Made by a program: the position numbers and the translations under genes. A stretch of DNA of 59,906 nt. Source: a virus. Taxonomy: Duplodnaviria; Caudoviricetes. Each line of letters begins with the position of its first letter. Position 1 is the stretch's first letter. Positions 25,769 through 35,699 of this stretch are shown here, piece by piece. Below the pieces are notes generated by a model, which worked only from the letters and a program-made list of their open reading frames with translations, was not told where the DNA came from and did no database searches. The stretch is from IMG/VR virus record IMGVR_UViG_3300006789_000024, positions 1 through 59,906 of that record; one strand, given 5' to 3'.

Positions 25769-27772
25769 ATGGCATTAGAAAGACAAATTTTAACAAGAAC
25801 TGAGCCAACAATAGCACTTGACGATTTAGAATTCAAATCATTTGAGGAAGAAAATCAAAAGGCTGTAGTTTCAAAAGATTTAGGAGGTAGAACTCCTTTA
25901 ATTCATATAAATGGCTATGTGTTTCAGGAGGGTGATGTGACAAGCATGCTACTAGATATGAATGGTAAAATACCTAAAATTACTGTTAGTATTACTGATA
26001 GCAGTGGGCATTTTGTTGTTGATACTTTCCCAAGAAGCGGAGATGTTTTAAGTCTTAGAATAGCGTCAAGACAGACTGATACATATAAAGATATTAGAAT
26101 AGATTTTGATATTGATAAAGTTATAGGTTCTCCTAAGGGAGCAAAAGAACAAAGTGCAGAAGGAGCAAAATATACCTTTATGGGAGTTATGAAGATTCCA
26201 GGTCTTTTTGCGGATGTTTGTAAAAAATATGATGAAGGTAGTTCATTAGACCATCTAGAAGCAATGGCCACAGACCTTCAATTAGGTTTTGCTACAAATG
26301 TAGATACACCAGACCCTGAAGATTTAATGAATTTACTTATACCATTCAAAACAATGAATGAAGTAATTAAAGAAACAGTAGAACATTCTTATACTGGAGA
26401 CGAAGGATTTCAAACATATTCAATCGATCCGTTTTACTACTTAACATATGTTGATATTAACAAGGCATTAAATGCCGAAGATGGTATCGATGTGTCATTT
26501 GCAAGTTATGCTGAAAGATATGACGAAAATGCTGGAGAAGATGATGATAAAATGCTATCAGCTCTAGTGTTAACAACATATGAGCAGACAGAAGGAACGA
26601 ATCATCATATATCTAAATATGCTCTAAAGCACGGTGCAGGTGCGGTCGCTAGAACCCAAGGATTCAAAAAAGTTTTGCAGTTTTATGAAGATAATCCAAT
26701 GCATGATAATGGAGGTCTTGGAGAAATTAGAACTGATGTTGAGCCTCTATCTAGCGATACTATGAAGGATATTGAAGAACCATTAAAGGGTAGAAGAGGA
26801 GAAGAAAGGTATCTTTCTGAGATTAAATATGAATATATGGGAAGGGCAAGTAATACGGCTAATACACACCCACAGTGGAAGTTTGCAGAGACTCATAATA
26901 AGCAAAACATGACAGAGCTTAATAAATTAAGTCTTGAGGTTGAATTACCAGTAGTTAATCCGTCAATTTATAAGTATCAAAAAATACCTGTTATTATATT
27001 CACAGAAGGTCTTGAACAAAAATTAAGCTCTGATCAGGTTGAAACTAAAAAAGCTGATGAAGGATTTGAGAGTGGTGGTGTTTCTACTTCTGCGACTGAG
27101 GGAAACAATATTACAACTGGAGAACAAAAGATAAATGAATTCTTATCAGGATATTATATTGTTGGCGGTATTCAATATGTATATAGTAGTAGAGATGAGA
27201 CAATAAAAATGAAGTTAATTCTGTGGAGAAGAGAATGGCCTAGTAGAACTAATAATCTGGATGGCGCATTGTTAGATGCTAAACCTACAGATACATCAAC
27301 ACCAGAACCTATTCCACCCGTTCCAGAACCAGAGCCGGAACCTGAGCCAGATCCAGAACCAGATCCGGAACCAGATCCGGAACCAGAGCCAGAAGAAGAT
27401 GAAACTGTAATAACAGTAACCCCAACAACTCCATTGAATTATTCAGTAGTTGAAGATGGAGATTCTGAAGCGAGGCTAATAAATGTTAAGGCAACCGGTT
27501 TAGATATTTATGCATTAACTGTAGATATGCCAGCACAATCAGCTGACTTTTACTTCGATTTTAAGCTTCCTGGATATGATAAAAATTATGGAGAATCGCG
27601 CTTTCATTTTTCATCATCTGATTTTCCAGATTTACCTGACGGAGAAATAGATGTAGATATAGAAGTATACTGTGAAGACACAATGGATGATGGTGCTGTT
27701 GGAGATATAGAAATTAGCGGTGGAGATGCTCCTACTGTTCGTATACCGGTGACAGTTACGTTTATAACATAA
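25769..27772 (+). CDS. putative baseplate hub (gp27-like) with Pro-Glu linker and C-terminal beta domain
   Basis: Position between gp53-like and gp5-like genes; LSGYYIVGGIQY hub-type C-terminal motif. Confidence 0.55.
   Translation: MALERQILTRTEPTIALDDLEFKSFEEENQKAVVSKDLGGRTPLIHINGYVFQEGDVTSMLLDMNGKIPKITVSITDSSGHFVVDTFPRSGDVLSLRIASRQTDTYKDIRIDFDIDKVIGSPKGAKEQSAEGAKYTFMGVMKIPGLFADVCKKYDEGSSLDHLEAMATDLQLGFATNVDTPDPEDLMNLLIPFKTMNEVIKETVEHSYTGDEGFQTYSIDPFYYLTYVDINKALNAEDGIDVSFASYAERYDENAGEDDDKMLSALVLTTYEQTEGTNHHISKYALKHGAGAVARTQGFKKVLQFYEDNPMHDNGGLGEIRTDVEPLSSDTMKDIEEPLKGRRGEERYLSEIKYEYMGRASNTANTHPQWKFAETHNKQNMTELNKLSLEVELPVVNPSIYKYQKIPVIIFTEGLEQKLSSDQVETKKADEGFESGGVSTSATEGNNITTGEQKINEFLSGYYIVGGIQYVYSSRDETIKMKLILWRREWPSRTNNLDGALLDAKPTDTSTPEPIPPVPEPEPEPEPDPEPDPEPDPEPEPEEDETVITVTPTTPLNYSVVEDGDSEARLINVKATGLDIYALTVDMPAQSADFYFDFKLPGYDKNYGESRFHFSSSDFPDLPDGEIDVDIEVYCEDTMDDGAVGDIEISGGDAPTVRIPVTVTFIT
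27323..27394 (+). repeat. 6-bp coding tandem repeat encoding (PE/PD)x12
   Basis: CCAGAA/CCAGAT/CCGGAA/CCAGAG units. Confidence 0.9.
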
Positions 27773-27788
27773 AAAGAATATATAGTAT

Positions 27789-29150
27789 ATGGCAGACTTT
27801 AGTACATGGAACGATTTTAGAAAAGGACATTCTTTAGATAAGAAAAATCAATACGCAGACCCTACGTATCTTTCATTTTCTCTTATGTTTGATTTCTTTG
27901 AAGGATTTTCATCTCCTTTATTAGCTGGACCCGCAAGACTATTTCTCACGGAACAATTAGAGGCAAGTGGAAAAGCACCAGAAGTAACGGATAATGATGA
28001 ACTTACAGAGCAGGCAGAAGTACAATATGATGGTAAGAAGCAATATGGTCATAGGCTTAAAGCTCTCGATGATTTTATATTTACATTAAAGAAAATAAAT
28101 AGAGAAATGCCATGGTATTGGCAATCTCTATCAGGAGTAGACACACTTCTAAAATATGACCCACTTAAACCATATAGAGGTGGTGAAGAGGCTAAGATGG
28201 CAATAGGTACATTAGAATCTATTGATTTAACAATAGCAGGTTTAATGCATTTATATAGAACCGCATGTTTTGATGAAAAGAGATGGAGCTATATTTTACC
28301 ACCAAATCTACGAGAATTTAGAATGTGGATTTACGTTACTGAATGCAGACCTATTAAAAATTTGTCTAAAATACAGGCTACTCTCGGGTTTGACAAAGGC
28401 GCGGCTAAAGATTCTTTAAGAGGTCTTACTTCGGGCGGTGGACTCAAGGGTACTAAAGACATATTTGACCCGTCAATTGGTGTACAAAACGCAAATGCCG
28501 GTATCAGCGGAGGAGACCATAGACCATATTTCTTTTTTGAATTAAGTGGTTGTGAATGGGATATACAGGGAGGAACTGCTCAATTTGCTGATTTACTAAA
28601 AACACCAGAAGGTTTTGCAGCATCTGAAATAGGTCTTTCGTATAAAAAAGTAGGTAAGGTAGATGGAAGAGTTCTTAATGGAACGATTATAGAATCTGAT
28701 AAAGATGCAGCTAGAGTATCTCCCGCAACCGAAGAAGAATCTAAACATTATGAACCTGGTGATTTTGGAGGTTTGATTGGAGATAAAGTTATGGATAAGA
28801 TTGGAGAGATGGGTGATCGTTTTGTTGATGATGCTTCGTTGTTTATGGAGAAAAAGAAACAACAGATTGGTCAGTTAGGTAGCGACATATATCGAGCGAA
28901 TGTTCCAAATTTTGAAAACATATATACGAATATGGTAGCAGACGCTGATAAAGCTACTGATATTAGTACTCTTTCTAAAAATATGCCAGAAAATGTCTTA
29001 GGTCTTAAGAAAGGAGGCACTGTTAAGGATGGTTTCGACCAAAGTGCAGTAGCTGGTTTGAATATTGGAGAGAACGTTAATGCCGATTCAAACACAACAG
29101 ATGGAGGTACTAGTGGCGATAACAACTTAGGAAATATTCACGATGAGTAA
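27789..29150 (+). CDS. putative tail tube-like / baseplate protein
   Basis: Tail-module context; ILPPNLREFRMWIYVTE motif; late motif at 27776. Confidence 0.5.
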   Translation: MADFSTWNDFRKGHSLDKKNQYADPTYLSFSLMFDFFEGFSSPLLAGPARLFLTEQLEASGKAPEVTDNDELTEQAEVQYDGKKQYGHRLKALDDFIFTLKKINREMPWYWQSLSGVDTLLKYDPLKPYRGGEEAKMAIGTLESIDLTIAGLMHLYRTACFDEKRWSYILPPNLREFRMWIYVTECRPIKNLSKIQATLGFDKGAAKDSLRGLTSGGGLKGTKDIFDPSIGVQNANAGISGGDHRPYFFFELSGCEWDIQGGTAQFADLLKTPEGFAASEIGLSYKKVGKVDGRVLNGTIIESDKDAARVSPATEEESKHYEPGDFGGLIGDKVMDKIGEMGDRFVDDASLFMEKKKQQIGQLGSDIYRANVPNFENIYTNMVADADKATDISTLSKNMPENVLGLKKGGTVKDGFDQSAVAGLNIGENVNADSNTTDGGTSGDNNLGNIHDE

Positions 29151-29874
29151 AAAAACAGCAAAAAAGGATAAAATAAGAGATACTCACTGGCTTGGTACTG
29201 TTGTAGATAATCAAGACCCTGAGAATTTTGGTAGATGTAAAGTTAAGGTTTTTGGTAAATTTGATTTACTAGAAAATGAAGCTATTCCATGGGCAACTCC
29301 AATGAATCGTAACAATGTAGGTTCTCATTATATTCCTCATGTTGGTGATGTTGTTTCTGTTAGATTTGATAATGGAAACATATACCACCCAGAATATTGG
29401 TTTCAAATCAATCAAAATAAAGAACTTAAAGACGAGGTATTAGATTCTTCTGGAGAGCCTGAAAATGTGGTATCATTAGTATATGATGCTAAACGAAATA
29501 TTAGAATATATCAATCTGAAACCGATGGTCTAGTTATAGCTCATGGAAAAGATGGTAAAGATTCTGAGCCGCTTATTAGATTATCTGATGATGGCAAGAT
29601 ATTTTTATATGCTGCTAATATTTATTTAGCAACACCAGAAGGAGATGACTTTAATGATATGGGTAATACTAGTCAGCCAGCAGTTAGAGGAGGAAGCTTA
29701 GAAGAGTGGTTAGATGAATATCTAAAGTTATTTGAGGACCATATACACCCAACAGGAGTTGGACCGTCAGGACCTGCAAAAGCCCTACCGCCAACGACTG
29801 TTCAAGTTCCTATTTTGAAAAGTAAACACATAAATTATCAACAAGACAATAAGTCTACAAACGCTAACTCATAA
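29143..29874 (+). CDS. baseplate central spike (gp5/gpV-like, OB-fold)
   Basis: GTVVDNQDPENFGRCKVKV, IPWA, P.VGDVV.V.F..G; C-terminal HIH motif. Confidence 0.85.
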   Translation: MSKKTAKKDKIRDTHWLGTVVDNQDPENFGRCKVKVFGKFDLLENEAIPWATPMNRNNVGSHYIPHVGDVVSVRFDNGNIYHPEYWFQINQNKELKDEVLDSSGEPENVVSLVYDAKRNIRIYQSETDGLVIAHGKDGKDSEPLIRLSDDGKIFLYAANIYLATPEGDDFNDMGNTSQPAVRGGSLEEWLDEYLKLFEDHIHPTGVGPSGPAKALPPTTVQVPILKSKHINYQQDNKSTNANS

Positions 29875-31391
29875 TGCCTGCAAATTGGAGTTCATTTATA
29901 AGTAATGTCGAGAGTTATATTATCTCTCAACCCCCTTCTCCTACTGAATTAGGAAAGCATATAGCTAGGGAGTATCATACAGCAATTAAACAATCACAAT
30001 CAATGTGGGGACAAACTCATGTTTCTGGTAGTAATAGCGGTTTATTATCTACATATGGAACTCAATTTGAAAGAATGAAAGCAGATGAGGACCCTATTGA
30101 ACTAGAACCAGTACTTACTAACGCGTTAGATGAGGATGGAAACGAAATACCATTTACTGGTAGAACAAGCGATCCGAATAATCCAAATCCTGCACCACCA
30201 GACCCTGAATATGCCGACCCTGATATGGAAGAGGTTGAACCTCCTCCAATAGACCCTGAAAAGATGCGTCTATTTATAGATGAATATAGTTCAGAATATA
30301 ATCTATATGAATATGAGTTTTTTGAATTTGGTTTAACTGGAAGTGAAACAAAAGACCAATTAGTTGCTATAATATCTAATAGAATGTTATTTACCCTAAT
30401 GTCGGAATCAAGTGGAGGTACTCGAGAAAAGATATTAAATTGGATTAATAGCTTTGGAACATGGGAAACTGGAACTACAACCGTTGGCGGTACTTCATCT
30501 GATTTTGCTGCATTTAAGAGTAAGGTCGAATCAGCGATAGGAGACGGTGGTTATGATGTATCATATATTTTAAGTAAAGTAAAATATAGAACTATTGAAA
30601 AACTTAAGACTTCTTATGGTGTAAGTTCTTTAGAAGGTACAACTAATAATATAGGCTTAAGGACATCTGTAAAGAATGGTAAACCGGCTGAAATGACATA
30701 TCATAACTCAGTTAAAAAAGATTTTCTTTTTGAATATGCACAAGAAGAGTTTGATAAAGATAATACCAATGAAGATTACAAAGTTTCTCCAGTTTTATTA
30801 AAAGAATTTATAGTTTATTTTTCATTTACTGGTAGAGAAAAATCTTCTGAATGGAAAGATATTCAAGTTACGACTGAATATGTAGATGGTGAAATGAAAA
30901 ATAAATGGGCAAAGCAGGTAATTCCACAAACGGTTGAAGATGTTAAGAATAATAAAAATAGAGCTGCTCCTTATATGTATGTTAGACAACAGACAGTAGA
31001 TGCCCTTGAAGATGCAGAAGGAGGTGAAGGAGGTGATGACCCATATGAACTATGCGCAAGAGAAACTATAAAATATTGGAAGGATACTACAACACAGCCA
31101 TTAAAATCTATGCCTCCTGCCCCGCCATGTTTATCAAAGATGCCATTAGGTGGAACTTATATTCCAATATATCATGGAACTGAAAAGAAATTAGCTGAAG
31201 GATTAAGAAAAGCATTAAATGCAGGTAAAGATTCTGATAATATACAGCAAGCTGCTAAGATGGTTGCAACCGCTCTTTCAGTGGCGTATGCTAAACATTT
31301 AATGGAACTAAAGTTCATATATCAAGGAGGAATACCCGTACCAACTGTTCCATATGTGCCAATGATTGGTTTTGTACCAAATGTCTTTTAG
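29874..31391 (+). CDS. putative virion structural protein
   Basis: Coupled to the spike gene; Pro-rich linker. Confidence 0.6.
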   Translation: MPANWSSFISNVESYIISQPPSPTELGKHIAREYHTAIKQSQSMWGQTHVSGSNSGLLSTYGTQFERMKADEDPIELEPVLTNALDEDGNEIPFTGRTSDPNNPNPAPPDPEYADPDMEEVEPPPIDPEKMRLFIDEYSSEYNLYEYEFFEFGLTGSETKDQLVAIISNRMLFTLMSESSGGTREKILNWINSFGTWETGTTTVGGTSSDFAAFKSKVESAIGDGGYDVSYILSKVKYRTIEKLKTSYGVSSLEGTTNNIGLRTSVKNGKPAEMTYHNSVKKDFLFEYAQEEFDKDNTNEDYKVSPVLLKEFIVYFSFTGREKSSEWKDIQVTTEYVDGEMKNKWAKQVIPQTVEDVKNNKNRAAPYMYVRQQTVDALEDAEGGEGGDDPYELCARETIKYWKDTTTQPLKSMPPAPPCLSKMPLGGTYIPIYHGTEKKLAEGLRKALNAGKDSDNIQQAAKMVATALSVAYAKHLMELKFIYQGGIPVPTVPYVPMIGFVPNVF

Positions 31392-31446
31392 ATTTTAGAT
31401 ATATAATAAGATATTATAAATTAAATAACCCTTAAAAATAAAACAA

Positions 31447-32643
31447 ATGTCAAAGGAAAAAGTTGTCGATACTGACAACAAAACCCCAGAATTCGACTGG
31501 AATGCGTATGAAGCAAGTTGCACAAGTTCAAAGAGAAAATCAGTTAAGCGAATGTCAGATGGAACAAAGTTATATTGTACTGAACCATACGCTGAAGAAT
31601 TACTAAAACTTTATAACCAAGATTTTACTGAAAATAATAGGATAGTTGGTGTTGAATTAAATAAATCCTATGAAGGAACTGTAGATTCAATTAGCGTTGA
31701 GTGGTGTATTATTGATATTGGGGCCAGAGACTCTGTATATGTAGATATGTCAAAAGAAGCAGAAGAGTACAAGAACTTATTAAAACCTGGAGAAAAGATT
31801 AATGTTCAAATCATAGAATCTAAAGGTTCTAAACAAGGAAAATATATATTAGGTTCAGTTGAAGCTGGATTTAAGCGCGCGGTATTTAATGAAATTTTAG
31901 ATAGTGTAGATAATTCTAAAACTGCGTATAACTCTACTGTAAAAAGTATTATACCAGGTGGAGGTTATATTATAGAAATACAGGGTATAGAATGTTTTAT
32001 GCCAGGTTCTTTAGCTGGAATAAATAAGCTACATGATTTTGAATCTATATTAGGAACTGAAATGTATGTAGTACCTATGAATTATTCTTCTGATAGAGGA
32101 ACTATTGTAGTTTCTCATAGAGAATATTTGAAAGCAATGATTCCTACTAAAATTGCTGAAATAAAAGAATATGAAAATGGAGTTGTAGTTAAAGGTAGCG
32201 TAACAGGTTCTGCTAAATTTGGAGTGTTCTGTGAATTTAATGAGTGCTTAACTGGTATGATTCATATAAATGATTTAGATGAAGAAACTCTAAAAAGACA
32301 TAAAGATAGAGAGATTACACCAGGAGAGGAAATAGAATTCTTTATTAAGAAAATTATTTCAGATACTAAGATTACGTTATCTCAAAAGCCCGTTGAGGCG
32401 GTGACTGATCCGTGGTTTAATGCTTCTGAAAGATTTAAGACTCCTGTTGTGGTTGTCGGTAAGGTTAGATCGGTTAAAGATTATGGTGTGTTTGTTGATA
32501 TTGGAGATGGCCTTGTGGGGTTGCTGCATGTATCTGAATTCCCTGAAGGACATGATTTGAATGAACTTATAAAAGGAAATGACATCACTGTCACTGTTAC
32601 GAGAATTGATGAAGAGACTCGTAAAGTTTTCCTTAAATTGTGA
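31447..32643 (+). CDS. rpsA: ribosomal protein bS1-like protein with four S1 domains
   Basis: FDWNAYE N-terminus; S1 motifs CFMPGS..IVVSHR, FGVF..GMIHINDL, DYGVFVDIG..GLLHVSE. Confidence 0.85.
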   Translation: MSKEKVVDTDNKTPEFDWNAYEASCTSSKRKSVKRMSDGTKLYCTEPYAEELLKLYNQDFTENNRIVGVELNKSYEGTVDSISVEWCIIDIGARDSVYVDMSKEAEEYKNLLKPGEKINVQIIESKGSKQGKYILGSVEAGFKRAVFNEILDSVDNSKTAYNSTVKSIIPGGGYIIEIQGIECFMPGSLAGINKLHDFESILGTEMYVVPMNYSSDRGTIVVSHREYLKAMIPTKIAEIKEYENGVVVKGSVTGSAKFGVFCEFNECLTGMIHINDLDEETLKRHKDREITPGEEIEFFIKKIISDTKITLSQKPVEAVTDPWFNASERFKTPVVVVGKVRSVKDYGVFVDIGDGLVGLLHVSEFPEGHDLNELIKGNDITVTVTRIDEETRKVFLKL

Positions 32644-32698
32644 AACATATAATAGATATATAGACTATAAAATAATAACAAAAATAAAATTATTAAAT

Positions 32699-33088
32699 AT
32701 GAAACTAACAGAAAAAAGACTAAGAGAAATCATTAGAGAGGAACTAACTTCTACAGATGTTAAAGTAGATGAATTAGCTCCTGTAATTGCTACAGTAGCA
32801 AGACAAGCGGCAGCTGGAGCGGTTGCTGATAAATTATCAGAAGGACTAGGTACTTTAATAAAGAAGGTTACTGAAGGTATTGTACCTGAACCTAAAGATT
32901 TAGTTAGTTTAGTTACGGATTCTGCTGAAATGCATGCCGCTGATGAGGATGAAGAACATACATACGAAGGATTTATGGGAGCTGCTAAAGAATTGGTAGA
33001 AAACGCTATTGCTAAAGTTGTTGGAGATGCAGCAAAAGATGCGGCTGCTGATGCGGTTAAAGATAAAATAGCGGCAAAAATAGGTTAA
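32699..33088 (+). CDS. Ala-rich probable internal head protein
   Basis: MKLTEKRLREIIREEL N-terminus; ATG 32699 downstream of AGATATATA 32654. Confidence 0.7.
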   Translation: MKLTEKRLREIIREELTSTDVKVDELAPVIATVARQAAAGAVADKLSEGLGTLIKKVTEGIVPEPKDLVSLVTDSAEMHAADEDEEHTYEGFMGAAKELVENAIAKVVGDAAKDAAADAVKDKIAAKIG

Positions 33089-33119
33089 TAAATACCAACA
33101 CTAGTCGTTTATAATAAAT

Positions 33120-33150
33120 AATCCCATTCGTATGAGTGGGATTTTTTTAT
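33120..33150 (+). terminator. intrinsic terminator
   Basis: ATCCCATTC-GTAT-GAGTGGGAT stem followed by a T-run. Confidence 0.85.
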
Positions 33151-33201
33151 GTTCAAAAAATTAAGATATATAAATCAACTTAAGTTATATAAATAGCAAT
33201 A

Positions 33202-34491
33202 ATGAACAGATTTAACGACGCAGAAATATTATCAAAATCTCTAGTCGGGATAGAGTTTGAATTCTACTCGAATAAAGATATAAAAGCGACAGCAAAAGAG
33301 CTTGGTGCGTTATTATATAGAAAGATTAGAGTTGAAGAAAAAGCTCATAGTGATTTTTCTCCTACAGCAAAAGAATTTAAGATAGAACCTGACATGAGCG
33401 GTGGAGAGAAACTTATGGAGCTAGTTACGGGTGCTATAGAATATAAAGACGCAAGACTTATTATCATTATAGTTTCTAAGTGGATTGAAGAGAATGGATA
33501 TACTAATGATATGTCATCAATACATCTTAATATCTCATTTGATAATAAAAAGGGTGGAGAAAGAAGAATTGAAAATATGAATGTTCTAAAATTCATATTA
33601 GAGTTTGATGAAGATTATGTATTTAATTTATTCCCACAAAGAGAAAACTCAACATACGCAAAATCTATAAAATATGTAGTTCCAAATACAGAAGTTTTTA
33701 ATATTGATGGTGGTTTAATCGATGAGAATAATTTTGGGTTTCCTAATTCAAAATACTATGGTATAAATTTTGAAAAGAGAATAAAAGATTATTTGGAGTT
33801 TAGATATATTGGTGGGAAGGATTGGGAAAAGAAGACTAGTAAGATATTACATCTGTTAGATTCATTTATAGTTCAATTATGGAAAAGTACAGAATCTAAA
33901 AAACTTAATCATTTTAACTCATTAGAACTTAAAAGAATACTTTCTAATAATAGGAGAATTATAGATGCTAAGATTGATTGGAGAGTTATTGAAACTGAGT
34001 GGAAGAATATTGAATTCACAGTTGACCTAAGCAAGGCCACAGAGATTATACAGAATTATTGGTCAAAGATACAAAAAAGAGTTATAAAGCTATTCACTCA
34101 CGGTTCTCTTACAAAAGGACATATAAATTATGATTCAGATACAGGGAAAGTCCAAGTTAAAGATGGTGAACTTTCGTATTGCGTTAATATCGATGGATAC
34201 GATTTTATAGACTGTGATATAAAGGGAGAACTTATTAACTGCGATATATTTGGCGGTAATATCAATAATTCAGATATTACAATTTGTAATTTCTATAATG
34301 GTGTTAAAATTGAATCCTCAAAAATTAAAAGTTCGTATATTAGCCAAGATTCCACGGTAAAAGATTGCTATATCTATGGTAAGGGTGTATTAAAAGGAGA
34401 GATGATAGGAGGAATATTTAGAGATGGTATATATGATAAAAAAAGAGCGAGGTTTAAGAAAACTGAGAAAATAAAATATGAAGAAAAATAA
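33202..34491 (+). CDS. putative amidoligase (COOH-NH2 ligase) with C-terminal beta-helix-like repeats
   Basis: GIEFEF, IEPD.SGG, ELVT, SIHLN, KYYGIN, YLEFR; C-terminal 5-residue periodicity. Confidence 0.7.
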   Translation: MNRFNDAEILSKSLVGIEFEFYSNKDIKATAKELGALLYRKIRVEEKAHSDFSPTAKEFKIEPDMSGGEKLMELVTGAIEYKDARLIIIIVSKWIEENGYTNDMSSIHLNISFDNKKGGERRIENMNVLKFILEFDEDYVFNLFPQRENSTYAKSIKYVVPNTEVFNIDGGLIDENNFGFPNSKYYGINFEKRIKDYLEFRYIGGKDWEKKTSKILHLLDSFIVQLWKSTESKKLNHFNSLELKRILSNNRRIIDAKIDWRVIETEWKNIEFTVDLSKATEIIQNYWSKIQKRVIKLFTHGSLTKGHINYDSDTGKVQVKDGELSYCVNIDGYDFIDCDIKGELINCDIFGGNINNSDITICNFYNGVKIESSKIKSSYISQDSTVKDCYIYGKGVLKGEMIGGIFRDGIYDKKRARFKKTEKIKYEEK

Positions 34492-34502
34492 AATAAAAAG
34501 AT

Positions 34503-35312
34503 ATGAGTGATATATTTTTAGGTGGGGCGTCGGGTATGGAAACTGAACATGTATTTAGTTCAACATGCTTAAATAATTTTGTTGAGGAGCTGGCAAATGA
34601 AATTACAGGAGCATGTATGGTTCCTATGAATTTGCCAAAAATTGAAGTAGAGGCTATTATAAATAGAGCTAGAAAATGGTTTTATAAAAAATATGAATAC
34701 TCTGTTCAAGAGAATTTCTTTGTAATACCAAAAGCTGCGTTTGATTCAACATACTTCAAAAGTTCAAGAACTATTAACATGCCAAACGGTGTATATTCTG
34801 TTTTTGGTGTTCATAAAACTAATGCAAGTTCTATAAGTAATGATGTGGACTTCCAAGCCGGTGGAGATTTTAATGTGGAGCGAATGTTTACTTCAAATAT
34901 GTATGGAAATGCTGGAGTAGCAGGTGCAGCAGAGCAATTAGAATATTATATAGTAAGTCAGAAGTTTTTTGATTTAGCACGACAAGTATTACAGAACCCG
35001 TATAGTTTTGACTATAATAGACTTAATAGAGCCTTAAGATTTACTGGAGAAACTCCAACATCTGATATTATATTAGAAGTTTATGAAACTATTCCAGATT
35101 GTGCGCTATATGAGGATGAGATGTTTTTTAGATATTGTTCAGCTAAAATAAAAGTTTCTCTTGGTGCTAAGCTAAGTATTTTTGAGTTCCAATTACCGGG
35201 TAATATAGCAGTTAATGGTGCTGATATACGAGATATGGGACAGAGCGAGCTTGAAGGTATAATAGAAGAAATAAATGAGGATGAGGGAACTGACTGGATG
35301 ATGCACTCGTAA
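34503..35312 (+). CDS. neck / head-tail adaptor protein (T4 gp13-like)
   Basis: FDYNRL...L and LGAKLSIFEFQLPGNIAVNG motifs. Confidence 0.7.
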   Translation: MSDIFLGGASGMETEHVFSSTCLNNFVEELANEITGACMVPMNLPKIEVEAIINRARKWFYKKYEYSVQENFFVIPKAAFDSTYFKSSRTINMPNGVYSVFGVHKTNASSISNDVDFQAGGDFNVERMFTSNMYGNAGVAGAAEQLEYYIVSQKFFDLARQVLQNPYSFDYNRLNRALRFTGETPTSDIILEVYETIPDCALYEDEMFFRYCSAKIKVSLGAKLSIFEFQLPGNIAVNGADIRDMGQSELEGIIEEINEDEGTDWMMHS

Positions 35313-35329
35313 ATTAGATATATAGTTAT

Positions 35330-35683
35330 ATGGAATTTTATATTAAAAAAGAAGGAGACCCTAGGTTTGATGTTAGTCAAATGGAAATCGATGATGAGAT
35401 TACAGAGCTTTTGATTCAAATAGAGACTTTGTTTTTTACAAGTAAAGGTTCTGTTTTAGGTGATGCAGATTTTGGTCTAAATTTAGATGATTATGTATAT
35501 TCTTTTAGATATAACGATGATATGCTGGTTAAGGTTGTTAAAGAAGCGATTAATAGATATATACCATTATCAAAAAAATACAGTGTAGACGTGACTGTTG
35601 ATTTTACAGAGGAGGTTGATAGACATATTGTGTTTATCAGCGTTGTTGTAGATTCTAAATATCAGGTGGGTCTTTACATATAA
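35330..35683 (+). CDS. baseplate wedge protein (gp25-like)
   Basis: QIETLFFTSKGSVLGDADFGLNL...I.RYIP. Confidence 0.8.
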   Translation: MEFYIKKEGDPRFDVSQMEIDDEITELLIQIETLFFTSKGSVLGDADFGLNLDDYVYSFRYNDDMLVKVVKEAINRYIPLSKKYSVDVTVDFTEEVDRHIVFISVVVDSKYQVGLYI

Positions 35684-35699
35684 ACATTAATAAATAAAA

